From: an uncultured Candidatus Poseidoniales archaeon
Lineage (GTDB): Archaea > Thermoplasmatota > Poseidoniia > Poseidoniales > Poseidoniaceae
Direction of reading: 5' to 3'
DNA: 64,000 bases
Assembly (NCBI GenBank): GCA_964013535.1
Contig: CAXGWS010000001.1
Coordinates: forward strand, 128,861 to 192,860
This document shows, piece by piece, positions 45,657 to 55,417 of this stretch. The position numbers and the translations under genes were made by a program. The notes under the pieces were generated by a model. The model searched no databases. It was not told where the DNA came from and worked only from the letters and a program-made list of their open reading frames with translations. Within the stretch, counting starts at the first letter, position 1. The number at the start of each line of letters is the position of its first letter.

Positions 45657-46631
45657 CCACTTCGGGTAGTTATCCTTGCCAGTTGCCAAACACCATGTAA
45701 GTAATCTATCATCAATAGCTAATGGATGGGTTTGAGGCCAAGTAGGCAAACAGGAAATACTTGATTTATCAAGTAGAACAGCGTCACAATCACTATTCTC
45801 TACCGGTGTATGATCAATGCTTGCAGCACCGATTGTGAAAGTCGCTGTTTTTTGCTTATCAGAATTTTCCGAGAAGGATATTGCGTCTCTATACCAGCGC
45901 ATTCCTAACCTAGTTGTGTGAAATTCTCCGTTCCAACTAGGAGGTGTGTTGATATTAAGCATTAATTCACCATTTTTGAATGCGGTTCTCAATGCATCAG
46001 TCGGGTTTTCACTCCATGCTGGATTTTCATCAATGATTGGCCACCTGCTAACATGCGGCTTTGAAATATCCACGCTGGGCCGTCTTAGATTTTCAGGTAC
46101 CATTGGTAATACTTCCAACGCTTGCTCAATCAACTGAACTGTTGCATCAACCGCGTATTGCATTCCTTTCTCCTCAAACGAGGTGAGTGATGAGGCAATG
46201 GCGGGCATACCATACAAGCCTGCTTCTCGGGCTGCCCCCATAGTACCACTGTGATAGGAATCTTGGGACATATTTGGCCCTAAATTTACCCCCGAGACAA
46301 CCATTCGTGGAATCACATCTGGTAATATGTGTTGCAGACCTTTGTCCAATGCTACAATCATAGTATCACAAGGTGTGCCATCTAATTCAATAAGATGGAG
46401 ATTTTTGTCATCCACTGCCCACTCATCTTTCAAATCATTTCTGAAACGCCAATTGAGTGGCGTCATTAGATTAATTCTCATACCTGTAGCAGATTGATTG
46501 GTACTTGGAGCGAACACTACAATTTTGTGGCCACGCTGATTGAGTGATTCGACGAGTAGTTTCATACCGAGTGCTTGTATACCATCATCGTTAGTAAGTA
46601 ATAACCAACCTGTGTTTTTACCGCTTGACAT
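45645..46631 (-). CDS. surE: 5'/3'-nucleotidase SurE (extended form)
   Basis: 'LLLTNDDGI', 'SGVNLGPNMSQDSYHSGTMGAAREA'; 328 aa, longer than the ~250-280 aa I would expect. Confidence 0.85.
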   Translation of the reverse strand: MSSGKNTGWLLLTNDDGIQALGMKLLVESLNQRGHKIVVFAPSTNQSATGMRINLMTPLNWRFRNDLKDEWAVDDKNLHLIELDGTPCDTMIVALDKGLQHILPDVIPRMVVSGVNLGPNMSQDSYHSGTMGAAREAGLYGMPAIASSLTSFEEKGMQYAVDATVQLIEQALEVLPMVPENLRRPSVDISKPHVSRWPIIDENPAWSENPTDALRTAFKNGELMLNINTPPSWNGEFHTTRLGMRWYRDAISFSENSDKQKTATFTIGAASIDHTPVENSDCDAVLLDKSSISCLPTWPQTHPLAIDDRLLTWCLATGKDNYPKWLEI

Positions 46632-46640
46632 TTTGCTCCC

Positions 46641-47627
46641 TCAATCCGAGTTGGCAGCATCAACCGTTTCATTGTTCGTATCTTGCACAGAACTACCAAT
46701 AACCACTAAAATGATTCCAGTAATCAAAATTGGACCACCTAACCATGTCCAAAAACCTGGCAGGCCGCTGCCAAAAATTATGTAGCCAATAAGCGAGCCA
46801 ATAATCGGTTCAACCGTGACACTGGTCGACACCACTATTGGTGGCAAATAGCGTAAACAGGTATTCAATCCAGTGTGGCCAAGTATTCCAGGAATTAGTG
46901 CAAGGGCGAAGAACCATAGAAAATATTCTTGATTAATCCAACCAAAGACTCCAAACTCAGCAAATTCATGTTCGAACACAAATGAGGCTGGTATCAGCAA
47001 TATAGCCCCCAGTAGTGTGACTGGGAAGGCATAAATGAAAATCGGCATCCACTTTCGTAATATTCTGCCACTTACAATGTAGCCAACAACAAATAATGCC
47101 CCAAGGAATGCCAAGAAATCGCCCCAAACTGTCACAGTTCTGCTGCCTTGTTGATCTCCCAAATCTATCAATGCCACAGCTGCACCTGTGAAACCGACAC
47201 AGGCACCTATTATTTCCCAACGAGTTGGGTTCCGATAATTCTTGACAAAACGAGCGATAAGAGCCATTCCAAAGACGATAATCAAAGGATGAGCCGTAAC
47301 AAATAGTAAAGAATGAGTCAATGAGGTTTCATCTAAACTAGCAACCCAAGCACCAAAGTGTAACGCTAGGAATAATCCTCCAGCACACAACCAAAGGATG
47401 GTCTCTCTTTCAGCGAACTTATGCTTTAGGTCATTACCATGCTGAATCCATTGCACTAAAGCCAGCGGTGCTAACAAAATTGACGTCAGTTGTAAACGCC
47501 ATGAAGCCCTTAGCAGTGGAGGTACATCATCTACCTCTTGAAACAGAGCACCTGCACTGGACACGCCAAATACAGCTCCAACTAACAAGAACCACACCCA
47601 ATTAGGGGTGGATACTGTTGCGCTCAT
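46641..47627 (-). CDS. EamA/DMT-family transporter
   Basis: About 10 TM helices arranged as two repeats; 328 aa. Confidence 0.78.
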   Translation of the reverse strand: MSATVSTPNWVWFLLVGAVFGVSSAGALFQEVDDVPPLLRASWRLQLTSILLAPLALVQWIQHGNDLKHKFAERETILWLCAGGLFLALHFGAWVASLDETSLTHSLLFVTAHPLIIVFGMALIARFVKNYRNPTRWEIIGACVGFTGAAVALIDLGDQQGSRTVTVWGDFLAFLGALFVVGYIVSGRILRKWMPIFIYAFPVTLLGAILLIPASFVFEHEFAEFGVFGWINQEYFLWFFALALIPGILGHTGLNTCLRYLPPIVVSTSVTVEPIIGSLIGYIIFGSGLPGFWTWLGGPILITGIILVVIGSSVQDTNNETVDAANSD

Positions 47628-47638
47628 TCAACTCACAC

Positions 47639-49969
47639 TCAGGCGGTTTCTGCTTCAAGAATCGCATCTTCTCCGCCGCTACCAATAACGCCCGCTCGCT
47701 TGAAGAGCCAGTAAATCAGTCCGCCAATAGACACGTTCAACATCACGAAACCGACGAGCCTACCAACATACCATGAGGTGGCAAATGGATCATCAACAAG
47801 AGTATCGATAAACGATAGGATGCTTGACTCTGTGCCAAAGAATGCTTCCCCTGTGAGCAGGCCTGCTGCGACCATGAAAGTGCTTAGTAAGATTAATGCT
47901 CGCTGTTTTTCGGCTTCAGTTGAACCCTGTTCTTCCTTAATCTTGTCAATTCTTGGCTTCAACTTCTTGTCTTCCCAAGTATCTCTTGCATATCCACCAA
48001 TTAACATTGGTAGGGTGTAAGGCACTGTTAGATACATTCCAAGACCAAACGAGGTACCCATGCCGGTCGCCCACTCGACAAACATACCCAGCAAGAATCC
48101 CAAAAATAGCAGCCATAAGTCTCCTTCCTTTTCAGCAAATATGACTGAAAATGTTGCGAATGCGTTTGCTTGTGGAGCTAATAATTCAATTGTTCCATCG
48201 GCTAATTGAATCGATAGGAATATTGCTACACCAGCACCAATAATTGCGCCCGGGACAACGCCCATGATGTTCCCCTTGGAGATGTGATAAGGCCTGTTTC
48301 CGATGTAGAGACTGTTTTTGTAATCACCAATTACAGTCCCTGACATGGATATTGCTGAGCCGAATACGGTTGTTCCGACCAAACCAAGAAGAATCGCATC
48401 CTGAGTTGTTAATTCAAGTAAGTCTTGAGCATTCAAGAATACTCCCAACAGCATAAGCAGAACAATGAATGAGGTGCCTGATACCGGCTCAATACCTGTT
48501 TCACCCATGACTCTCACGGCAATAGCGCCTAACAGGAATGTAGTCATGATTAGAACTGTCGCGAAAATAAGTGAAGCTAGAATAGAAAAACCGCCGATAG
48601 TAAAGATGAAAATCATCGAGAAAAAGGTTAGCAACATAAAGATTGGAATGTGCTTTAATGGCCATTCATACCAACCCTTCCCTTCCATATATTCTTGACT
48701 TCCCTCGCCCTTGAGTGCGCCACCAATATCACTGAATATGTTGAGGAAGGTTTTGTACATCTTGGCTAATCCAAACATACCTCCTCCAACAATCGCACCG
48801 ATTGCAATTGTCCTTACAGCCTTGCTAAAAGCAAGCATTTGCAGTGCGGCTCCAGTTTCACCGGCATAGTCTTGAATCGGAACATTGGACTGAGAGATTG
48901 CATCGTAAATCGGGAAATTAAACCATACCACGAGTGGAACTAAGAAGAACCAACCGACTATTGTACCCAAGTTTACTAAAAATGCTACTCTGGTTTTCAT
49001 AAACCATCCAATTGCGAACATTGACGGCGTCAGATAGACGCCAATGTAAGTATAAGCAAATGGATTCCACGCCGTATCTGCACTCCACTGAGTGTAACTA
49101 AGCGATACGCCATCAACTGTACCAGATGGTTGGTGTATTGTACCTTTGGAATATATTGTTGCTAAGCCAAAATCTCCGACGTGAGCGGTTTGAGCAATCC
49201 AATCAAGTAGGGCTAACTTTTTGTCACCGATCCAAATTAGTGGATATTCCACTAAAAATAGACCAATCATAGTTATTGCAGTCCATATCCCAATGGTTTG
49301 CAAAGATTCTCTCGCGTGTTTTACAGCACCGGTATTTACATCAGATGCAATGTCAAGCATTTTCAAAGTTGCTTCAAAACCCGGTAGTGGGAGAGGATCT
49401 TCTACCAACCAAACTCTACGGAAAATTATGAAATACATCACACCAAGGAACCCAGCAAACATACTGGCCACAATCCCAATGAAAGCCAAATTGAACGCAT
49501 CACCATCGGCGAGGGTAATCAAAGGACCACTGGCTAATTCATATCTTGCGTCACTAGCTAACAGAAATATTGCTGGGAAGGTGAAAATGAATCCTGTTGA
49601 TGCATGGGTTGCACCGGTGGTTGCAGAAGTGGCGATATTGACTTCAGATGGAGACCATTTCAAGGCCATTCCCAAAAGATAAGCAATGTACCAAGCGGCC
49701 GATATAGCCAGCCCAAGTTTAAGCCCAATATATGCAGTAACACCTGAAAATACTGCGCCAATAGCAATACCATACAGTACCTTAGGAGTGCTCCAGTGAG
49801 ACACTTCAAACGATTCTTGAAGATTCTTCTCTTCCAAGTATTGCTCTAAGACACCAGTGTTGAGGTTGTTGTACATCTCATCATCAAGCCAAGTCAGTTT
49901 ACCTTCCTCTATGGCTTTTAGACCCTCAGGGGTGACTGGTTGTCGATATGCAGATTTCTGAACACCCAT
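47639..49969 (-). CDS. OPT-family oligopeptide transporter
   Basis: ~776 aa polytopic protein (more than 14 TM) with glycine-rich helices typical of OPT. ATG 49969 (track start 49972 is TTG). Confidence 0.65.
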   Translation of the reverse strand: MGVQKSAYRQPVTPEGLKAIEEGKLTWLDDEMYNNLNTGVLEQYLEEKNLQESFEVSHWSTPKVLYGIAIGAVFSGVTAYIGLKLGLAISAAWYIAYLLGMALKWSPSEVNIATSATTGATHASTGFIFTFPAIFLLASDARYELASGPLITLADGDAFNLAFIGIVASMFAGFLGVMYFIIFRRVWLVEDPLPLPGFEATLKMLDIASDVNTGAVKHARESLQTIGIWTAITMIGLFLVEYPLIWIGDKKLALLDWIAQTAHVGDFGLATIYSKGTIHQPSGTVDGVSLSYTQWSADTAWNPFAYTYIGVYLTPSMFAIGWFMKTRVAFLVNLGTIVGWFFLVPLVVWFNFPIYDAISQSNVPIQDYAGETGAALQMLAFSKAVRTIAIGAIVGGGMFGLAKMYKTFLNIFSDIGGALKGEGSQEYMEGKGWYEWPLKHIPIFMLLTFFSMIFIFTIGGFSILASLIFATVLIMTTFLLGAIAVRVMGETGIEPVSGTSFIVLLMLLGVFLNAQDLLELTTQDAILLGLVGTTVFGSAISMSGTVIGDYKNSLYIGNRPYHISKGNIMGVVPGAIIGAGVAIFLSIQLADGTIELLAPQANAFATFSVIFAEKEGDLWLLFLGFLLGMFVEWATGMGTSFGLGMYLTVPYTLPMLIGGYARDTWEDKKLKPRIDKIKEEQGSTEAEKQRALILLSTFMVAAGLLTGEAFFGTESSILSFIDTLVDDPFATSWYVGRLVGFVMLNVSIGGLIYWLFKRAGVIGSGGEDAILEAETA

Positions 49970-50052
49970 CAAATAGTCCCCCTAGTGTGCTTCCGCACAT
50001 ACCCTTGTGTACGCGGCCACTTGAATACTATTCCGCTTGTGGGTATCAAAAA

Positions 50053-50793
50053 TTACTCGTCTTTTTGTGAATTCCTGTCAGATGATTCCTTGAGAAGTTT
50101 CACCGGCAAACCTGCCCAGACCTCACCTGCAGGGATATTTTTCCATTTACCAACCAAACCATTGGTTGCAATTACCGCACCTTCTCCCACAGTAACACCA
50201 GGCTGAATTGTTGTCCCAGCACCAATCAAGCATCCTTTCTTTAGACTAACCCTTGCAAGAATAAGTTGACCCTTTTCGACAAGATGGCCATTAATCACCG
50301 ACCTACCACCAATCACGACTTTGTCCTCGATGGAAATTACCGATGGATCGTTCAGATTAATCGAATTGATTTGTACGCCTTTACCTATTCTTGCGCCAGC
50401 AAGACGGTAATATGCGTTGCATATGGGCGATGGTATAGTGTGAACCAGTACGGGATGAGTACAACGATGCAGGTGTGCACAAACAGCCCACCTTACTGTA
50501 GTCCATGATTCTAGTTTGTCAACTATCTTGTCCTTGTCTGCAGGAATTCTAACGTGAATTATTCGCTGAGTCATACCTGACATAAACAGTAGAGACAATA
50601 TATAGACCATGAAGCATACTCCAATAGTTAAGCTGTAAATGATGTAATTAATGTATTTCTCATCGGTTAGGAAATGATTAGTTATCACATCAAAAACCAC
50701 CATGGCAGGAGCGATGGGGAGACCCCACAAAACGATGGTGTAGACTAATAGGATAGCCGAGCCAATGGTTTGAACCAAGGCGAAATTTTTCAT
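50053..50793 (-). CDS. Membrane-anchored hexapeptide-repeat (left-handed beta-helix) transferase-like protein
   Basis: Two or three N-terminal TM helices followed by imperfect hexapeptide repeats 'GARIGKGVQINS..IEDKVVIGGRSVINGH..GCLIGAGTTIQPGVTVGEGAVIA'. Confidence 0.6.
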   Translation of the reverse strand: MKNFALVQTIGSAILLVYTIVLWGLPIAPAMVVFDVITNHFLTDEKYINYIIYSLTIGVCFMVYILSLLFMSGMTQRIIHVRIPADKDKIVDKLESWTTVRWAVCAHLHRCTHPVLVHTIPSPICNAYYRLAGARIGKGVQINSINLNDPSVISIEDKVVIGGRSVINGHLVEKGQLILARVSLKKGCLIGAGTTIQPGVTVGEGAVIATNGLVGKWKNIPAGEVWAGLPVKLLKESSDRNSQKDE

Positions 50794-50808
50794 GTAAAAC
50801 ACCAATTA

Positions 50809-52803
50809 TTACTCTGTAATTGCCCGATTTTTGGCATCCTCTTCTTCAGCAACTCTAATACCTTCTTCCAAATCGACCTTACTAGTTAGATAAGTACCGG
50901 CTAGAATCACAAACGTGATGGTAATTATTGCAACCCGACTATCAAATGCAGAACTTGCGATACCGTAAAGGAAGGTACCAATCATTGCCGCTGATTTCCC
51001 TAAGAAACCAAAGAAGCCAAAGAACTCAGAGGTTCGAGTTTCAGGTACAAGTTGCGAGAACATCGAACGTGCTTGCGCTCCTGCTGAACCCATAGCGACA
51101 CCGACGAACATACCTAGAATAATCCACTGCATCGAGACTCCAAGGTTGAGTGGTTCCCATACATTATCCCGCATTGTTTCAGCCCATCCATCAACAGGTC
51201 CACCCTGGTCTACTATTGTTGGGTGGCGGTCACCAATCTCGCCCTTTCCGTCAAGGTCACCACCGATGAATATAATTGAAAAACGATGGTCACTCACATC
51301 ATCAAATGCTGCATAAATTCCTTGCGCGTCAGACTCAGAAATATTGTATGTTTCTTCCTCTTTTGCATCTGCCTGTCCAGCTAACATAGTTGCGGCAAAC
51401 AAACCGACAATAACAATCATGATTATTGCAACAACCCCTTTCATGCCAAGTTCCTTATTTTGAATGAACATAATCGAACCACCAATAATTGCAACAAAGC
51501 CCAATATTATCACACAAGCCAATAGCCCAGCGCCAAGAGTGGAAGAACCTGAGCTTTCCTTGCTGTAATCTGTCGAATTGTCGGGGAAATATTGTTGGAA
51601 ACTATCTCTAAATTCTGCATCTCCTGCAGAGGTTTCACCAACCCAATTTTCATATCCCCTATCGTAAAGTGTCAATAATTCGTATTCACCGGTTTCGTTG
51701 TTATACTCAAATTGGAAATCATATCTTTCAGCATCTTCTTTACCCTCTAATTCCAGTGGGGCAAAACCAGCTGCGACAACAGCAACAAAACAATAGATGA
51801 GTAATGCAAGCATTAGGGCAAATTTGGTACCTTTAATATCGGCGAGTTTACCAAATAGTATAGTCATTGGTATGGCAACAATATTCACCGTCAAAAGTAA
51901 CAATACATTCATGCTTTGGTCAAGCCTTAGAACTGATTCACCGAAGGCGCTTGCCATACTAGCAATGGTATTAACACCATCATAAAACAGCAAGTAGGCC
52001 AGCAAAAAGAATGCTAAAACCTTGAATCTCTTAATTTCCTTGAAGGTTTGAAAAACCTGTTTATACGCTATTTTGGTCGCATTGGCGAAACCATTCCACT
52101 CCATAGTAGAGGGGATTTCAGGTTCTGGAGTCCACTTAAACATCAAGAATCCGAAGCCCCACCACCAAATTGCAGATGTTGAGAAAATTATTGCCATTTT
52201 GAAGTTGGTATCCCAAGAGAATCCAAGTAGTACAATTAGGTGGAAAATAAGAATCGTCGAACCCCCAATAAAACCATACGCATAACCCCAAGTAGAAACA
52301 TGATCTTGACACTTTCTCGGTGCCAGGTAAGGCATGAAGGAGTAGTAAATTACGTTACCACCAGTAAAACCAATGGTACCAATAGTGTACATCAAAGCAA
52401 GAATGATGTAACCTTGTGATCCAAAATACGGAGCGGCACCCATAAGTGCTGTGAATAAAATCCCAACTAATGTATACCATTTCAACAACTTTTTCTTGAT
52501 TGGCATTTTATCCGCAATAACTCCAAGTGCAGGTGCAGTTACTACAACGAATATCATCGATATTGTAAGCACCCACGCATAGAATGTATCACCGGATTGA
52601 GTACCTGTCGCAGTATTGTATAATGCAGCCATTAACGCAGGCGCTATCACTGTCATTACAGTTAGCGCATATGCTTGATTAGCCCAATCAAAGAAATACC
52701 AACTCTTCAATGATTTCTTCTTGTCTTCGCTCATTGCATTGATGGTTTGCTTTGCAGAAAGTCCTGCAAACTCATCATCTGTTGCTGTCGCCACCTCAGT
52801 CAT
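50809..52803 (-). CDS. MFS transporter, UMF1/Atg22-like, with large central insertion
   Basis: N-terminal 'SWYFFDWANQAYAL' UMF1 signature; 664 aa; central ~200-aa insertion containing two extra hydrophobic helices. Confidence 0.75.
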   Translation of the reverse strand: MTEVATATDDEFAGLSAKQTINAMSEDKKKSLKSWYFFDWANQAYALTVMTVIAPALMAALYNTATGTQSGDTFYAWVLTISMIFVVVTAPALGVIADKMPIKKKLLKWYTLVGILFTALMGAAPYFGSQGYIILALMYTIGTIGFTGGNVIYYSFMPYLAPRKCQDHVSTWGYAYGFIGGSTILIFHLIVLLGFSWDTNFKMAIIFSTSAIWWWGFGFLMFKWTPEPEIPSTMEWNGFANATKIAYKQVFQTFKEIKRFKVLAFFLLAYLLFYDGVNTIASMASAFGESVLRLDQSMNVLLLLTVNIVAIPMTILFGKLADIKGTKFALMLALLIYCFVAVVAAGFAPLELEGKEDAERYDFQFEYNNETGEYELLTLYDRGYENWVGETSAGDAEFRDSFQQYFPDNSTDYSKESSGSSTLGAGLLACVIILGFVAIIGGSIMFIQNKELGMKGVVAIIMIVIVGLFAATMLAGQADAKEEETYNISESDAQGIYAAFDDVSDHRFSIIFIGGDLDGKGEIGDRHPTIVDQGGPVDGWAETMRDNVWEPLNLGVSMQWIILGMFVGVAMGSAGAQARSMFSQLVPETRTSEFFGFFGFLGKSAAMIGTFLYGIASSAFDSRVAIITITFVILAGTYLTSKVDLEEGIRVAEEEDAKNRAITE

Positions 52804-52887
52804 GGAACATAATGCGACTGTTCGGCTTATGAATTAGTCACCTGCAACAAGACGACATTTTGCCAGTTTGGCAATGTATGATTTGTA

Positions 52888-53274
52888 TCAGTGGTCTCTG
52901 ATGATTTTGTAGCGGCCTAAGGCTTCCATCCACATGATTTCTTTTCCAGCCTCTATGGTCATCTCAGGTTCCATTGGTAAAATCATCATGCTGTGGTCTC
53001 TCATGTTCATTGCGTGAACTTCATCACCGTCAATGTGGGTGACCATTGCAGTCCCTTTTTCGATCATTGGCACTTGAATATTATCGGTTACTGTACCAAC
53101 ATGGGATATTTTTTTTGCCGAAAATAGTGAAACTAATTCCAATCTTGCCTTAGCAGAGCCGTGCTTACCTGGCTTGGATTTTGAAATACTCAAGATTTTG
53201 TAAGCCTCGTTATCAACAACACAAAATCTTCCTACTTTCAATGTTCTAATTTCTACTCTGTCAGTTCCTACCAT
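52888..53274 (-). CDS. eif5a: Translation initiation factor 5A
   Basis: Hypusine loop 'SKSKPGKHGSAKA'; 128 aa. Confidence 0.92.
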   Translation of the reverse strand: MVGTDRVEIRTLKVGRFCVVDNEAYKILSISKSKPGKHGSAKARLELVSLFSAKKISHVGTVTDNIQVPMIEKGTAMVTHIDGDEVHAMNMRDHSMMILPMEPEMTIEAGKEIMWMEALGRYKIIRDH

Positions 53275-53339
53275 CGGTCTGCCTCATGTTGCTGGCATAG
53301 TGTTGGCTTATGACCATTACCTATGTAATCGAATAAATT

Positions 53340-54089
53340 TCACAAATCACGAACATCGAATCTTTGACCAGTTTGCTCAAATTTATGTTTTGTTATCAAA
53401 TTTAATAGTGACATTGCAACCTTTTGCGGAGCCACTAAGTGACCTTTCTCATGAAACTCCACAAACTTACTAACCATTGGAAAATCCTCCTCACTAACCG
53501 ATCTTATTGTTGCCTGCATTTCCGTATCGACAATCCCGGGAGCGATAGAAATAGCACTAATACCATCCTTAGCCCCTTCATCTGCAAGACATTTCGTCCA
53601 CATTTCTAAGCCAGCTTTTGAGCTACAATAGGCTGACCATGATTCTAGCGAATTTACTGCAGCACCACTTGAAATGGTAGTTACCCGGCAGTGTTCCGCA
53701 TTTCGCATCGCGGGAAAAATTACTTTGGTCAACTGCTGCACTGATTGGAGATTAACCATCATGGTTTCATTCCATTCCTTTATATCGACATCAAACATGC
53801 TCCCAACTGGGCCAATTATCCCAGCATTGTGAATCACTCCATTGATTGTGGGGTAATCTTGTTTTATCATCTGACCAACTTTATTGATTTCATCGGGTTT
53901 GGATAAATCACAAACTATGGCAGCGGATTGCGGATTATTCGACTTTAGTTCATTATCTAAATCTCTGAGTTGCGGAGAGTCCCTTGCCAACCCTATAATG
54001 ACGAACCCTCTGTTGGAAAGTAATTGGCAAATACTGCGACCAAGACCTTTCGATGCACCGGTTACCAAGTACACTTCACGACTATTCAT
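53340..54089 (-). CDS. Short-chain dehydrogenase/reductase
   Basis: 'YLVTGASKGLG', 'NAG', 'YCSSK' (YxxxK). ATG 54089 chosen, which avoids overlap with the DUF2237 gene. Confidence 0.85.
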   Translation of the reverse strand: MNSREVYLVTGASKGLGRSICQLLSNRGFVIIGLARDSPQLRDLDNELKSNNPQSAAIVCDLSKPDEINKVGQMIKQDYPTINGVIHNAGIIGPVGSMFDVDIKEWNETMMVNLQSVQQLTKVIFPAMRNAEHCRVTTISSGAAVNSLESWSAYCSSKAGLEMWTKCLADEGAKDGISAISIAPGIVDTEMQATIRSVSEEDFPMVSKFVEFHEKGHLVAPQKVAMSLLNLITKHKFEQTGQRFDVRDL

Positions 54090-54096
54090 CGTACCA

Positions 54097-54459
54097 CTAC
54101 TCTGCATGCATTTCAAGCAATTCTAACGGAATAATTTGCAGTGCTTCTTCATGAGTTGCTTCTAAATTGACTGGACACGCTATGCCATTGTTAACAGCAT
54201 CAAGCCAGGTCCGTGCACAGACACACCATCGGTCACCTGGTTTCAGGCCTGGAAAATTGAAATGTGGCGCCGGAGTTATCAGGTCATTACCTTTAGATTT
54301 AGCAAAATTAAGGAAACCTTCTGTCACAATACAGCAAACAACGTGTAAGCCTCTATCATTACTATCTGTGTTACAGCAACCATCGCGATACCACCCTGTT
54401 AGTGGATCTTTCGAGCACTCTTGCAATTCCTTGCCCAGAACATTAACACTTGGATTCAT
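54097..54459 (-). CDS. DUF2237-family protein
   Basis: 'PLTGWYRDGCCNT...GLHVVC...PGDRWCVCA' pattern; GAGGTGA upstream of the ATG. Confidence 0.8.
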   Translation of the reverse strand: MNPSVNVLGKELQECSKDPLTGWYRDGCCNTDSNDRGLHVVCCIVTEGFLNFAKSKGNDLITPAPHFNFPGLKPGDRWCVCARTWLDAVNNGIACPVNLEATHEEALQIIPLELLEMHAE

Positions 54460-54484
54460 AGTTTCACCTCAGTTTGGACTTACA

Positions 54485-55327
54485 TTAATACTTGTAGAAA
54501 CCTTCACCCGATTTACGCCCCAATTTACCTTCAGCGACCATGCTTTTGAGTAACTCTGCTGGCGCGTATTTGTCGTCGTTGAGACCCTCATGTAGTACAT
54601 TCATGATGTGTAGCACGGTATCCAATCCGATTAAATCCGATAGAGCAAGTGGTCCAATTGGATGATTCATTCCCAACTTCATAATGCCATCAATTGCTGC
54701 AGGTTCGGCTACCCCTTCCTGTAGAGTTAGGATTGCCTCATTCAACATTGGGCAGAGAATTCTGTTAGAGATGAAACCTGGAGAATCATTACAAGACAAT
54801 GCAGTTTTACCCATTTTTTCTGCTGCTCCAACAACGGCAGAATTGGTTGCTTCGCTTGTTTGGTCGCCATTAATTATCTCTACAAGTTTCATAATCGGGA
54901 CAGGGTTCATGAAATGCATACCAATGACTTTATCGGGACGACTTGTTGCATTAGCAATAGTAGATATTGAAATTGATGAAGTATTAGAGGCGAGAATACA
55001 CTCTGGTTTGCAGATTTCATCTAATTCAGAAAATATGGACGTTTTCAAATCCAATATTTCAGGAACTGCCTCAACAACCAAATCAACATCAGCACATTCA
55101 GATCTATCTGTAGTGGTAGATATGCGAGCAAGGGTATTATCAGCGTCTAATTGACTCATTCTTTCTTTTGAAACCAACTTAGATAGCGATTTTTGAATGG
55201 TAGCCATACCTCTATCAACAAATTCTTGCTTTATGTCTATCATCAAAACCTCGTATCCTGCACTTGCGGCAACCTGCGCAATTCCGTTGCCCATTTGTCC
55301 AGCACCAATAACTGCTATTTTCTCCAT
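54485..55327 (-). CDS. hbd: 3-hydroxybutyryl-CoA (3-hydroxyacyl-CoA) dehydrogenase
   Basis: '[15 protein letters not shown]', 'ASNTSS', 'PGFISNR'; 280 aa. Confidence 0.9.
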   Translation of the reverse strand: MEKIAVIGAGQMGNGIAQVAASAGYEVLMIDIKQEFVDRGMATIQKSLSKLVSKERMSQLDADNTLARISTTTDRSECADVDLVVEAVPEILDLKTSIFSELDEICKPECILASNTSSISISTIANATSRPDKVIGMHFMNPVPIMKLVEIINGDQTSEATNSAVVGAAEKMGKTALSCNDSPGFISNRILCPMLNEAILTLQEGVAEPAAIDGIMKLGMNHPIGPLALSDLIGLDTVLHIMNVLHEGLNDDKYAPAELLKSMVAEGKLGRKSGEGFYKY

Positions 55328-55417
55328 ACCCTATCGCCTTTGGCCAACGGCACGAGCCTATTGAATGTGCGCATTGTCGGGGAAAATGTTATCATCAAAA
55401 TCTAATTGTTATTATCA

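Noticed and set aside
49985-50000. Short hairpin (GTGTGC-TTCC-GCACAT; GGAA tetraloop on the minus-strand transcript) between the LbH and OPT genes
   Set aside because: It has only a 5-6 bp stem and no supporting covariation or flanking structure. It could arise by chance.
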